Assembly (NCBI GenBank): GCA_047967505.1 | Contig: CM106538.1 | Reading direction: 5' to 3' (one strand) | Origin: Dipteris shenzhenensis | Taxonomy: Eukaryota | Length of the DNA: 64,000 nucleotides | Part shown: positions 13,081 through 25,709 of the stretch, piece after piece | Layout: every line of letters begins with the position of its first letter | Position numbering within the stretch: position 1 is the stretch's first letter | Notes under the pieces: generated by a model | Told to the model about the DNA's origin: nothing | What the model saw: only the letters and a program-made list of their open reading frames with translations | The model's database searches: none | Position numbers and translations under genes: made by a program

Positions 13081-14690
13081 TCTATTTTCTAAGATATCGT
13101 ATGGGATTGAGAGGATGAGTGGAATGGATCATTGTAAATACCACAGGTATGAATTATAAATACATTGATTTGTGTATGGGATATTATGGGGTTTTTAGAA
13201 AATAGGAAGAGTGAGTCATATAAAGAGGTGGGCTCATGTCCATGTGTTCCAATAATATAAGAGAGGCCACATGCCAAGCGTGTGGAAGGCACATGGAGGA
13301 GTGTGGAGTCAAGAGGAATCCTTCTAGAATTCCCATGTGGAATAAGAAGAATGTGGACATATGGAAAAGAGAGGGTCCCTATGGGCTCCATGTGGGGAGG
13401 CTCTTGACTTTCTTAATATTTTAAAAGTCTTGAGCATCTTTTGATGGGACACATGGCAAGAGTAGCCAAAAAGAACATGGATGGTGACATACGGGCTTAT
13501 GTGATTGATGGGAAAATGAATCTACATGCAGCAATTATAAATGGGTGAAGGAGGGTGACAAAATCTCTATAAAAGAAGCCCTCCTCTCCATTGTTCATCA
13601 TCTCTTTCACCATTAGGCCTCATGTTGCTGTAGCTCTAGTCTCTTCAAGCCTCTTCCATGAGCCTTCTCTCCCTCTTATAGATATTCTCTTATGTAGACT
13701 CTTGAGTCCATCTCTCTCTAGTTCATTCTCTCTCTATAAGTAGTCTTGGAGCTTCCGCTCCCTCTTGTACGTATGAAACCTCTTCTTCTCCCTTGTCTTT
13801 GTAGTATTTTGAGTTGCATTGGAGTGGAGTCTCACTCTATTGACAATGAAGATTACTTCGTATTCCCTCTCTTGAGTCTCTCTTCCCTTTTCTTTCTTTC
13901 AAAGCCTTAAAAGTTCTTTCTATTCGGCTGCTCATTGCACACACATGGTCCATCCATTTCCCGAGCCACCAGGGGAGTTACTTACCCTATTCTAGGCGAA
14001 ATCTATGAGTGGTGGATCATTGATAAAGGTGGAGTCTTGAGGGAGCATCCTGCTCAGGCGAAATGAGCATGGGTGGAGGGCAGTTTTCAAGACAGTTTGA
14101 CTCCCTGTTAGTGTTTTGCTCATAACTTTCTGCACGTTAGTCCGATTTTGATGAAACTTATATCAGCGCGAAGCTCTCTTCAAGACGCATGTCTCTGTGT
14201 TATCAGACCTTGAATCAGATACTACAGCAAAAAGTTATGAGTCTCTGTGTTTGACAGTATGTTTTTATGACAGTTTGACCCCCTGTTAGTGTTTTTCTCA
14301 TAACTTTCCGCTCGTCGTTAGTCCGATTTTGATGAAACTTATATCAGCGCGAAGCTCTCTTCAAGGCGCATGTCTTTTCAAGGCGCATGTCTTAGTGTTA
14401 TCAGACCTTGAATCAGATACTACAGCAAAAAGTTATGAGTCTCTGTGTTTAACAGTCTGTTTTCATGACAGTTTTTACCCCCGTCTAGTATACCGCCCAT
14501 AACTTTCAGGCTGCTTCTTTGTTTCTTACGAAATGTATATCAGCGCGAATCCCATCTCAAGGCGCATCTCTATATGTGTTTGAATCTTTGGTATCATGTC
14601 TCTACCGAAATTTATAGGCCTTTGTGTCTAATGATAGTTTGCAGAGTGTTTTGAGCTAAGTGTAAAGATATCTATGAAGGAGGTGCAATG
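12976..14690 (+). mobile_element. Non-coding LTR-like insertion in gypsy pol; 3' end not defined
   Basis: Starts TGTGACGCC where pol homology stops. TATA-like CTATAAAAG at ~13566 followed by a CT-rich tract. No ORF. Confidence 0.55.
14091..14640. repeat. Three ~180-200-bp tandem units with internal CATAACTTT...AAAGTTATG inverted motif
   Basis: Units start GACAGTTT at ~14091, ~14269 and ~14468. Unit 2 has a ~20-bp internal duplication and unit 3 is more diverged. Confidence 0.88.
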
Positions 14691-14822
14691 TTTCCTCAGA
14701 ACCTACCCATCCGACCCAATCAGCCCCTTCAAGCTCCTTGATATATACAGTTTATGTCATGTTGAGCCGCAAGATCTTCTTTCAACAGCGTATCGCTCTT
14801 CTCTTTGGCGCAGACCGGCTTG

Positions 14823-15240
14823 CATCCATTGCCTCGCATTGATGACCTTTTCGATCAAGTTCTGCACGCAACACAATTTTCAAAGATTGATCTTCGTTTA
14901 GATTATCATCAAATCCGCATATGAGAAGGTGATGAGTACAAGACAACTTTTCGAACAAAGTATGGACACTATGAATGTTTGGTCATGCCTTTTGGGTTAA
15001 ACAATGCCCCGGCCACATTCATGACACTAATGAACGATACCTTCAGGCCTTTTCTCGATAAGTTCGTCATTGTTTACCTCGATGACATCCTCGTTTTCAG
15101 CAGATCCTTAAATGAGCACAAACATCTTCACCAAGTTTTTGAAGTTCTCCGCACAAATTCTCTCTACATCAACGTTGAGAAGAGTGAGTTCTTCAAAACC
15201 CAACTCGAATATTTGGGACATGTTACTTCAGCCCAAGGCA
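14823..15240 (+). pseudogene. Gypsy reverse transcriptase fragment
   Basis: [67 protein letters not shown]. Confidence 0.9.
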
Positions 15241-16004
15241 TGACGATTACTTTTGTGGTCCATGTCTGGTGCTACTTGCAGAGAACTAGTTTCTTAAGTG
15301 CATCTCTTTTGAATGGGAACTTTTATGCTATTCCCATTGCTTTTGAATATTATGGTGTTCCAAGTTAATATTCTCATCTTATAGACTGCTATCCCAGCCA
15401 TAATCTTTCTTTGGTCCTTGGACCCATCCAAAGTCTCTCTCTAACGACAACTGGATTGGTTGGGGCTGCATAGTACGGGATGCACAGTCATACTTGGGAT
15501 TGACTAAGGTCAATAGGTACAAACAAGGAGACAAAGATTGATTTGTTTAGCCATGGATTTGGGCAAAGATGTCTTGTATAGTAATAGGTTGGATAACCTG
15601 CTATTCTGAAGGGATACTATATAGTGGATTGTTGGGTGCAGGAAGCAATGGAACGGGAGTGGAGTGCGGGAAGCAAACAAGCTGGAGCAAAACGTAGTAC
15701 TGCTCAAATGGACAAGAGGAAAATACAAAGCGCTAGAGCAAAACCTAGTACTATTGAAATGGATAAGAGGAAAATACAAAGGGTGGCCTATATGGCCCTC
15801 AAGTCAACCATATGGTTGACCAAAGAAGTCAACTCATAGAGTTGACCTGACCTACAAGGCTCATACCAGGGCTAAGTGCTAACAAACCCCCCTCCATGGT
15901 ATGGCTGAAGTATCCTGGAAATATCTCTGGAATACCTAGAAACTATATCATGGTTATTCGTCCCAAAGGGATATAGCAACCTATGATATGTATAGAGTGA
16001 TCCC

Positions 16005-18196
16005 TCACGTAACAAAAGGAGCCAAGTGTAAAGCATGTTGAAATTCCTGAAACTTGGGCCACGGTAAGCTTTTGTGAAAAGATCTACCAAGTTGTCCTCG
16101 GTGGGAACATAGGACAACTGGATGTCTCCACCAGACAGTTGCTCTCGAACTAGTCATAGTGGACTTCAATATGCTTTGTGCGCGCATGAAACACTGGGTT
16201 TCTAGCAAACGCCAAAGCACCTTGGCTGTCGGTGTAGATCGTAGTAGAGTTGGGCTGAATGATATCAAGATCTGCAAGTAATTTGCAAAGACAAACGCAC
16301 TCTATTGTAGCTATGAAAGCTGCTCTGCACTCAGCCTCACAACTGGATGTGGCAACTGTAGGCTACTTCTTGCTAAACCAAGAGATGCATGAAGCTCCAA
16401 GCATAAAACAGTTGCCATTGTGTGACACCCTAGTGTTGTAACATCCTGCCCAGTCGCTGTCTGTGAATGCATGCAAAACAAGTGGGGCCTTTGAACCATA
16501 GAGTAAACCCAAATGCTGCGTGGCCTTCAAGTATCGAAAGACTGGCCTCACTGCTTGCCAATGCTGCGTACTAGGCTTGTGCATGTACCCTGCTGAGCTG
16601 GGAAATGGCACACTGAAGATCAGGCCGGGTATGAAAAAGGCATATGAGGCAACCAACAGCCTGCGGATAAAGGGATGCATCAAATGGTGGACTTCCATTC
16701 TCGGAGGCGAAACGAAAGCCGGGCTCCAATGGAGTAGAAACTAGCTTGCAATCCTCGAACTAGAAGCGATCAAGGAGCTGTCCAATATACTTGGACTGAC
16801 TCGTCATTATACCCCCCTCAACATATGCAAACTGTATGCCCAAATAATAGTGCAACTGGCCCATATCTGTCATGGCAAAAGACTGCTGTAAATCAGCATT
16901 GAAATCTGCAATTTGTTCCATATCTGACCAAGTGATGAGCATGTCATCAACATATAAAATCAGAATTAAAAATTCTGATGCACTCTTTCAGACATAAAGA
17001 GCGGCCTCGGTTGGGCTATTCTGAAAGCCACGGGCTGTCAAAAATGCATGTGTATCTTCATATACCATGCCCGGGGTGCCTGCTTCAAGCCATAGAGGGA
17101 TTTTCTAAGCCGGCAAACCATATTTTCAGAACCTAATTGTTCAAAACCAGGTGGCTGAGTGACATAGACCTCTTCCTGAAGATCACCATGAAGGAAGGCA
17201 ATCTTGATGTCCAGTTGATGAGCCTCCCAATGCCGATGAGATGCCATAGCAATAACACACCTGATAGTAGTAATGAGTGAGGTGGGAGCAAAGGTCTCCT
17301 CAAAGTCAATGCCGTGCTGCTGTGCATATCCCTTTGCAACCAAGCGGGCTTTGAGGCAGTTAACACTGCCATCAGCTTTCCTTTTCACCTTGTAGACCCA
17401 CTTTGTGCCAATGGCATGCTTGCCTACTGGCAAGTCACACAACTCCCAAGTGTTGTTTGCATGAATGGATTCAAGCTCAGCCTTCATGGCATCCATCCAT
17501 TCCTTGCTGTCAAAGGCATCCTTGTGACATAAAGGTTCCTCATTGCAAGCAGTAGCAACCAAAGCTACAGCCAAATACCATGCATCTGTTTATGCGCGCC
17601 TCTAGTGTGGGCTGGCAAAGGCTCAGCTTGTTTGTCGTCCCTAAGTGTGTCCAAAAGCCATCTCGGGACTGATTTTTGCTGTTTAATGACAGCACTCTCC
17701 TGTGCAACTGCCTGCTCAATAGCATGATCATCAACTAAGGGCATATCAAGCTGAGCAAGAGCTATTGGAGGAGGGTGTGCACAGGTAGAAGTGTATGGCA
17801 CAACACTATGCACTGGCTGCTCCGGATCTGTAGGTGACTGAAAGAGAGGCAACAATGTGTCAGACATATGAGGAATCAACAGTAGGCTGTTTTTTGCATT
17901 CCAGCCAAGGTAAAGGCACGTTTTCAGCGAATACAGCATCCCTACTGACAATGACCTTGCCCGTGCTGGGCTGATACAACCTGTATCCCTTGCTCTCTAC
18001 GCTATAACCAATGGATATGCATTTTACAGCTTTGTCTTCAAGCTTGTGCCTCAGCTGAGATGGCACATGAGCATAAGCCAATGACCCGAAAACCCGCATC
18101 TCAAAAATTTCAGGTTTGCGACTGTGCCATGCCTTGTAAGGTGTGATAGTCTTCAATGCCTTTGTGGGTGCCCGATTGAGCACATAGTTGGAGCAC
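16005..18196 (-). pseudogene. Copia-A integrase C-terminal part, RT and RNase H
   Basis: [54 protein letters not shown] and SWFSKK, with frameshifts. Confidence 0.9.
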
Positions 18197-18698
18197 GTGA
18201 CTGTTGGAATCGGAGTCCTAGTGTGTGTGGTCCTAGTGTGTGTAGTCCTAGTGTGGTCCTAGAGTCTTAGGAATGTCCTACAGTTGTGTGAGTGTGAAGA
18301 GTCTTGAGGCCACTTGCGCCACCTCATGTGATTCCTCACCTAGATTATAGGATCTAGATTCTCTTGTGTGTGACCTCATCTATGAGGTGCCTGTAAGGCT
18401 TGCCCAGCCTATAAAAGAGGCTATGTACTTGCTGTGATAAAACAATCAACATCAGTTTATGCCTCAGTCCTTGTCTTCAATCATGTGATGAGTGTCTCTC
18501 ACCCTCTCCCCATTTTCAACAAATGGTATCAGAGCTGGTTCATTCAGCCTGTCATCTACTCCTCATGGAGGGTTTCTAGATTTCATCACGAGATCTGAGT
18601 CAGCCTCCCTCGCAATGAAGCGCCTTGCCCATCCTTCATCGCCACTCTTCTGCTGCTCCCGCTTCTGCTCTTTCTGCTGCGCCACTCTTCTTCTGCTA

Positions 18699-18833
18699 AG
18701 CCCGTACCTGCCGTACAACAGCCCGTACCTGCTGTACATCAGCCCGTACCTGCCGTACATCAGCCCGTACCTGTCATACAACAGCCCGTACCTGTCGTAC
18801 ATCAGCCCGTACCTGTCGTACAACAGCCCATAC
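18699..18833 (+). repeat. 21-bp tandem repeat (6 copies plus a partial copy), consensus AGCCCGTACCTG(C/T)CGTACA(A/T)C
   Basis: Read directly. Lies in the 5' leader just after the PBS. Confidence 0.95.
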
Positions 18834-19100
18834 AGCCTACCCGCCGCCTGCAATCCACGTTGTCCACGCTGATACTGCTGCTGTGGCGCCGTACAACTTG
18901 ATCTCTACGCTACGCCATCCTGCAAATCTCTGCTAGTCATCTGCTGCACCTCTCTACCCACGCTGTTGCTCCTGCGCACCATATAGTCTCTGCTGCTGCT
19001 GAAGCGTGGTAAACCCGACGTGAACACCTGCTGCTCCGTCTTCTGCCCGAACCTGCTGCTCCCACGCAACTCGACCTGCGACGGCGCCAGCCATGGAGCT

Positions 19101-19154
19101 GACTTGACGACTGACGATCTGAGGGCTAACTTGACGACTGACGATCTGAGGGCT
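19101..19154 (+). repeat. 27-bp tandem duplication
   Basis: (G/A)ACTTGACGACTGACGATCTGAGGGCT x2. Confidence 0.85.
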
Positions 19155-19565
19155 GTGGCCATCAACTCACACAACTGATCTGAGTTATTGCTCTACACTG
19201 TTGATCTTCTTCGTTCGCCTCTCCCCTCTCCACATGAGCTCCATCGACCAGCAGACAGTCCGTCTGAGATATTTTAAGATTTTTGTCTCATTTTTGGGTG
19301 AATTTGTTGGGGCTTTTATGGTCTGAAGCTCCCCTAGTGTTGCTAGAACACTATGCTCTAGGAAATTTTGAAAAGCCCCAATTTTCTGCAAACCCTAATT
19401 TTTGCAGTAACCCTAATCCTAAAATTTAGGGCTTTTCTGTTCTATGTCTTCCTTTGGCATAATTGAAGCTTCTACCATGTAAAATTTGGGCCCTTTTTGA
19501 AATCTGAGTAAACATTGTAAGGGATTTAGACACTAGCTGTAATAACAGCTAAGACCTTCCCACCA

Positions 19566-20432
19566 ATGGATAGCATAAAAAACTCCTTGCTCATCGAGAA
19601 ATTCTCAGGGAACAATTTCCCAACTTGGCAGACAAAACTCCGGCTTCTTCTTATGCGAGAAGGGATATGGAATATCACCAATGGCAAGGAGCCAAAACCC
19701 CAAAGTGATGATGCTAGAATCAGTTGGTGGCAAAACCAAAATGATAAAGCAATGGCTATCATTGGCCTAGCTTTAGCTGACAACCTTATCCACCATGTGG
19801 ATTTTGATAAGACAGCAAACGACGTTTGGGAAAAGTTAGAGAATTTGTTTGGAAATAAGATCAATAATTCCAAAGTATTTCTCAAACAAAAACTCTTCAA
19901 GCTCAAGATGAAGGAAATTGAAACCCTCAATGAACACTTGAGCAATCTTGGGTCAATTCTCCAACAATTATCTGCCATCCGAGCCATTGTTGAAGATGAT
20001 GATCAAGTTGCTGTACTTCTCTCCAGTATTGAAGACATTTCCAAGTACAATGAGATCCTTGCTGTCCTAAGAGTCAGCCGCAATATGAGCTTTAAGGATA
20101 TGGTAGCTCATCTCATTGATGAGGACCGTAGGCTTACAGAGAAAGCAGAATCTCCCTTCGAATCTGGCAAAGCATTCTTTCTCAAGAAAAAGCCCAAGAA
20201 GAACGGAAAACCTCTTAAATGTAATTACTGTCAGAAACTTGGCCATCCAGAGGATCGTTGCTTCAAGAAAATGGCAAAGGTACAAGCCAAAGAACATGCC
20301 AATCTGGTTGCGGAGCAGAGCGAGGACGAAGACGATGAAACTACACCTTCTGGACCTGAGGAACAAGCCTGCACTGCTGCTATTTCTGGTCTATCCCTCC
20401 ATGAGGTGATAGATGAAGAGTGGGCTTTCTAG
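19566..20432 (+). CDS. gag: Intact copia-type Gag (288 aa) with CCHC zinc knuckle; no pol
   Basis: EKFSGNNFPTWQ, TANDVWEKLENLF, VAVLLSSI and CNYCQKLGHPEDRC. Ends EEWAF*. Confidence 0.9.
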   Translation: MDSIKNSLLIEKFSGNNFPTWQTKLRLLLMREGIWNITNGKEPKPQSDDARISWWQNQNDKAMAIIGLALADNLIHHVDFDKTANDVWEKLENLFGNKINNSKVFLKQKLFKLKMKEIETLNEHLSNLGSILQQLSAIRAIVEDDDQVAVLLSSIEDISKYNEILAVLRVSRNMSFKDMVAHLIDEDRRLTEKAESPFESGKAFFLKKKPKKNGKPLKCNYCQKLGHPEDRCFKKMAKVQAKEHANLVAEQSEDEDDETTPSGPEEQACTAAISGLSLHEVIDEEWAF

Positions 20433-21130
20433 AGTCATGTGTGTTAGGTACTCTGCCTTGGGTAGTCTCCCTAAAATGTTGTAATAATTTGTCATTTTGT
20501 GTGCCTTGTCCTATAAAAGGCTCCACTTACTTCCATGTACCCAGTTAGGAGACAGGGGGGGGTTGTTATGTCTTTCCTTTATCAGGCCTGGCCGAGTTCC
20601 AGGATGTTGGTGTACTCCCTCGACCTATAAGTTGGTCATGCATCCATGCTCAGATTTCAGTCTCTGATCATGTTGACACCTAAGCCATGAGAGTGCTTGG
20701 TTCAACCTCTGAATTATGCTCAGCTGTTAGCCTCTGAGATTGCCTGGGATGCACAGTCTGGATGATGTCATCGTCTCTCACCCTAGCTCCGAGGGGGGGT
20801 TTGTTGGAATCGGAGTCCTAGTGTGTGTGGTCCTAGTGTGTGTAGTCCTAGTGTGTGTGGTCCTAGAGTCTTAGGAATCTCCTACAGTTGTGTGAGTGTG
20901 AAGAGTCTTGAGGCCACTTGTGCCACCTCATGTGATTCCTCACCTAGATTATAGGATCTAGATTCTCTTGTGTGTGACCTCATCTATGAGGTGTCTGTAA
21001 GGCTTGCCCAGCCTATAAAAGAGGCTATGTACTTGCTGTGATAAAACAATCAACATCAGTTTATGCCTCAGTCCTTGTCTTCAATCATGTGATGAGTGTC
21101 TCTCACCCTCTCCCCATTTTCAACAGTGAC

Positions 21131-23177
21131 AGCATCCAACCAAAATTTATTTGGCAAAGACTTTCCTTTGAGCATGCACCTGCCCATTTCCATCTCTGAC
21201 CGATTTTTCCTCTCTGCCAGCCTGTTCTTCTACGGAGTACAAGGCACTGTACATTGATGATAATACCCCGAGCTGCCAAAAAATCAGAGAATTCACGGGA
21301 CATGTGCTCTCCCCCCCTGTCAGTGCGTAGAGTAAGGAGCTTGTTCCCTGATTCATTTTCAGCCATGGCAAGCCACATCAGATTTGGCCTTCATGCAATA
21401 TATCCAAGCAAATCTAGTACAGTCATCCACAAAGGTAGAAAAGTAAAGGTAGCCCCCAAGGATGTTGTTTGCATTGGCCAGCACACATCACTATGCACAA
21501 GGTGAAGCTTCCTGGATGCAACAACCATCCCATCCTTTGGAAATGAGAAACGATGAATTTTGCCCAACAAGCATCCCTCACAAACATGTTTGGTGCATGC
21601 ATGGGTAGCAACCACCATGTTTTGTGAATGCATTTTAACCAAGCTTCTGTAATTGAGGTGACCCAACCTCGCATGCCATAAGTGGGAATCTGAAATTACA
21701 GATTCAGCCACCAAATTTGCCTCTATAGCAGGCTGTTTGTCATAAACATCAAGATGATATAGCCTAGAAGAAAGTGACCCAGTAAGTACTATGATGTCAT
21801 CATACCGGTTGTCATACACGGCACATCGATAACCATCAAAGAGAACCCGAAAGCCATTCAAGGATATGGCTGCAATGGAGATGAGGTTCTTTTTATACCT
21901 GGGACAAACAAAACATCCATAAGCATGATCGTATCACCTGAAACTGAAGTGACCTTGACGTGGCCAATCCCTTTCACAGGATATGATGCATTGTTGGCAC
22001 ATGTCACTATGCCACCATGTGGAGCAGCCCCCAATGTCTGAAAGAGTGATCTACAAGAAGTGATGTGCTGTCGAAGCACCACTATCGAAGCACCAATCTG
22101 ACTTAAAATCTAAGACAGACAAGGCTGTAGCATGCTTCTCTGGATGGTACTAGCATGTCACCGTGAAAGCCCACTCATGGTGAGCAATGTTTGCTGCCTC
22201 ATGACCATGATCTGGGGCAGCAACAATAGCAGTGACAGCAAGTCCCTTTTGCTGCTTTTTCTTTTTAGGAGCGATGCACTTGTGACATTCAAAAATGTCA
22301 TGTCCTAGCTTCCGGCAGTAATTACGACATTTGATGTTTTTCTTCTTTGCATCAGACGGGGCAGAATTAGATGAGTGTCCAGCAGTAGATGAGCCTCCAG
22401 AAGGCTTGGGTTTGCTGTAATTTTGCCCGTTCTTTCCCTTATTTTTGTGATTAGCAACAAAATCCTGATTTGCAATTTGAGAAGTAGCACGATTTGTGCG
22501 ACTCTGCTCTTCCTGCAGGAGAAAGGAAACAACTTGGTCGAAAGTATGAGTGTTGAGATTGCCCATGGCAACCAACCTCAATGTAGTAGCAAACCCTTGG
22601 TAGGACTCAGGAAGTCCATTGAGTGTCGTGGACACTACCTGAGCATCTGAAATAATTTCATCCACGTTAATGAGCTGCTCTTGAAATCCTTGATTTTTGT
22701 GATGTATGCATCCATGCTGTCCCCCTCTTCCATTTTCACATTCTCCAATTGCCTGCGTAAGAAAGCAACACATGCCTCATTGCGAACCTGGTAAAGGTGA
22801 GCCAAGATGTCCGACGCAGCCTTTGATAATTTGCAAGACTGAATGTGAGGAATGATATGTCTCTTGACTGAAAAAGCAATGATAAAATGTGCTTGGGCAT
22901 CTCTACCATCACATTTGGCCTGTTTTGGTGTAGGAGGTGTGGCTGGAGTAGTAGTAGATCCAGAGGTGGCTGTAACAACTGCACCAGAGCGGTGGCAGTA
23001 GATCCAGAAGTGGCTGTAGCAGTAGCAGAAGTGGATGCCACAGAGGAAGGTCGAAGATCCGATCCTGAGACAATACCCAACTAGCAAATGTTTCACCATG
23101 TATGACCACATGGGATAATTGGGTCCATCGAGCTTGTCCTCAGCTGAGAACATGCTCATCCAATCGTTGCTTCCCAT
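21131..23177 (-). pseudogene. Copia-A gag, protease and integrase N-terminal part
   Basis: KLDGPNYPMWS, TTLNGLPESY, knuckle ..YCRKLGHDIFEC, WCFDSG, LWHARLGHLNY, CEGC, LVHSDVC and LRTDRGGE, with many frameshifts. Confidence 0.88.
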
Positions 23178-25709
23178 GGCAAAAATAAATCCCTAAAGGA
23201 AAAACATGCGCTCAAGAATAGCCTCAAGGCTTTCATTGCAAAATGAGCTGGCTGTCCAAAAATGACAGCAAATGTCAAGCAGTGACAAACCAAAAATTGA
23301 CTGCTCAAACAATGAGCTAAATGCACGTGCTGTCCCCAAAAATATGTCGTGCAAAACAATATTTGTCCAGTCAAAGGACCCTTCTGCCAAAGATAGCTGT
23401 CTTGCAAAAATATCAGCCCAAAACAAGGGGCAAATGTCTGCAAATGTATCCAATGATCAATTGAGCTGTAAATGTCCCAGATGGAGGCTGCGTGCCTCAA
23501 ATCTGACAAGACAACAAGCCCAAATCAAGGGGCAAATGCATAATATACCCAAATTGAGGTGAATAAAGCAAATGCCACTGCAATGGACAGCAAATTTGGC
23601 AAAAGCCCCAAAATCTAAGAGGTCAAATATTCCAAAAAGAGGGCAAATTGGAAAAAGGCCCAAATTGTGCTACAAGTTGCAAATGTGATTCAATGTGCTG
23701 CAATTCCAAGATAATGTCAATGTTCCTACTTGTCAATGTCTACCAAATGCCCAAAATTGGTTGTACCAAGCCAATGTCACTGCAAATTTCAACAAAATTG
23801 ACAAAACCCCCAATTTCTGGAAGGGCAAAGCTGTCAAATTTGGGGCAAATGACCAAAAGCCCCAAATTTTGCTGAAATAAGGCAAATGTGACAAAATAAC
23901 CTGCAAATCTAAAAATATCCCACAATCTGTCAGCAATAGATCCGAAATCCCCAGCGTCGGAGTGGAAAGGAAGTCAAAATAGGGCAAATACTAGAAAAGC
24001 CCCAAAATGTGACCAAAAGGAGCAAATGTCACTGTAAAATCTGCAAATGTGACACAAAAGTCCCAATCTCTAGAGAAAAATCACCTCAATGTCACTGTAA
24101 TGTGTGCAAACGTGACATAAAAGACGGTGAAAAGCTTCAAATCCAACTATACCAGGCAGATCAGAGTCACGAGGGAGAGAATCCCAGCCAAATGGTGCTA
24201 GAGAAGATTGGAGCACCTAGAGGAAGGCCCGAATGACTCAAAACAGTCCAAAACTGAGCAAAAAACCTCTAAAAACTATTCAAAAATGCTCGAAATCAAC
24301 TTCTGACAAGTCGTACGGATTCCTAGCAGCATTGCGCACCTATACGTACGGGCGTACGGATGAATTTTTTTCGACCGAAATGGTGTGGGACAGGGTCATT
24401 TGTTTGCGGGCAGCTCAAAAATTTCAAAAAACATTGAAATTGGACCTCAAAAAATAAAAAACAGTCACTGGACTGTTTTTCTACTCAAAAAACAAGTTTT
24501 AGGCGATGAAATGAGGCACCGGACTGAGCTGAAGCAAAATGGCAGGTAGGAGCAATGAGAGAGCACGAGGGAAGGCAGGTAGGAGCAAGAGAACCTACTA
24601 TGATACCACTGTTGGGTGCAGGAAGCAATGGAACGGGAGTGGAGTGTAGGAAGCAAACAACAAGCTGAAGCAAAACGTAGTACTACTCAAATGGATAAGA
24701 GGAAAATACAAAGGATGGCCTATATGGCCCCCAAGTCAGCCCTATGGTTGACCAGAGAAGTCAACTCATAGAGTTGACTTGACCTACAAGGCTAATACCA
24801 GGACTAAGCGCTAACATGGATGCTTGATATTCTAAAGTGAGGCTTCACTTGGGTAGTGGCAAGCTAGTAAAGGAACTCAGTAAGTCCATCTTGTGCTTGG
24901 ATTGAGCACGAGATGGGAACACAAGACAACTTTTAAACTTTATGTTCATGTGAACATAGAGAAATTTTGGGTTCTCAAAGAGAGAATTCATGATTATCAG
25001 AAAAGCAACATCAGAAGTAATCCTTCTGGTAGCTTTTGGGTAAACTCTGGTATCCTTGTGGACAGGGTTTTGGGATGTCGGATGACATCAATCTACCTAG
25101 TGGACACTTGGCTAAGTTTCCACCCGCACCTCTCCCTCAAGGCCAAGGCTATGAAAGACACGTCTGGGAACCCTTTACAAGTGAGAGGGAGAGAAGAGAA
25201 AATTTGGAACATGATTTTCTTGAGATCTTAAATTGGATCTCAATAGACCTTAACTTGAAACTTGGATCTTGCCATCATAGATGACCCAAATACTAACATC
25301 CGGATGGGTGGTCTGCAGTAGTATGGGATGCTACAGATGCTATTGTGGGTGCATCAGAATTCCTTAGTGACAGGGAATTCAAAACCTCTACCATTGGGCC
25401 GTCGGTTGGTAGATGACGGTTCATTCTTTGGTGATAAGGATCACCTGAGGAGTTCAGGATTGTAACTCCTAGTTGCCAGATACCATGGTCTATCAAGCAT
25501 TCTGCCATTGGTGAGTGGGTGTCGCCAAACCTACCCAATGGGTTACCCTAAGGAAACTGGGTAATGGATGACCCTAGACTTGCTGACGAGCGAGTCGGTC
25601 ACTGTGGACTTTCGGATGGAAGGTTGTGGGCTGTAAATTGGTTACGGCTTAAGTTCGTTTTCCTATCCTGACATATATTAGTATAAGTCTTATTTTAAGG
25701 GAAGGAGGA

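Larger units (their letters stand above)
9949..15240 (+). mobile_element. Degenerate Ty3/gypsy LTR retrotransposon, interrupted and 3'-truncated; 5' boundary uncertain
   Basis: gag-protease-RT order on the + strand. The 5' boundary is taken from a TGTCAAAG start only. Confidence 0.7.
18202..21125 (+). mobile_element. Young gag-only non-autonomous LTR retrotransposon (TR-GAG-like), 2924 bp, nested in Copia-A integrase
   Basis: LTRs 18202-18521 and 20802-21125 (about 3 substitutions and one 4-bp indel). TSD GTGAC on both sides. PBS TGGTATCAGAGC at 18524-18535. PPT GAGGGGGGG at 20791-20799. Confidence 0.95.
15630..24816 (-). mobile_element. Ty1/copia LTR retrotransposon (Copia-A), structurally complete but coding-degenerate
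   Basis: LTRs 15630-15884 and 24610-24816 (TG..CA). TSD TGGAT at 15625-15629 and 24817-24821. Met-type PBS TGGTATCA at 24601-24608. PPT GAGGGGGGTT beside the left LTR. Order gag-PR-IN-RT-RH. Confidence 0.95.

Noticed and set aside
18699-18833. Regular short repeats resembling a CRISPR array or a YGLLYGR repeat protein
   Set aside because: The repeats are contiguous with no unique spacers, there are no cas genes, and they lie in an LTR-element leader.
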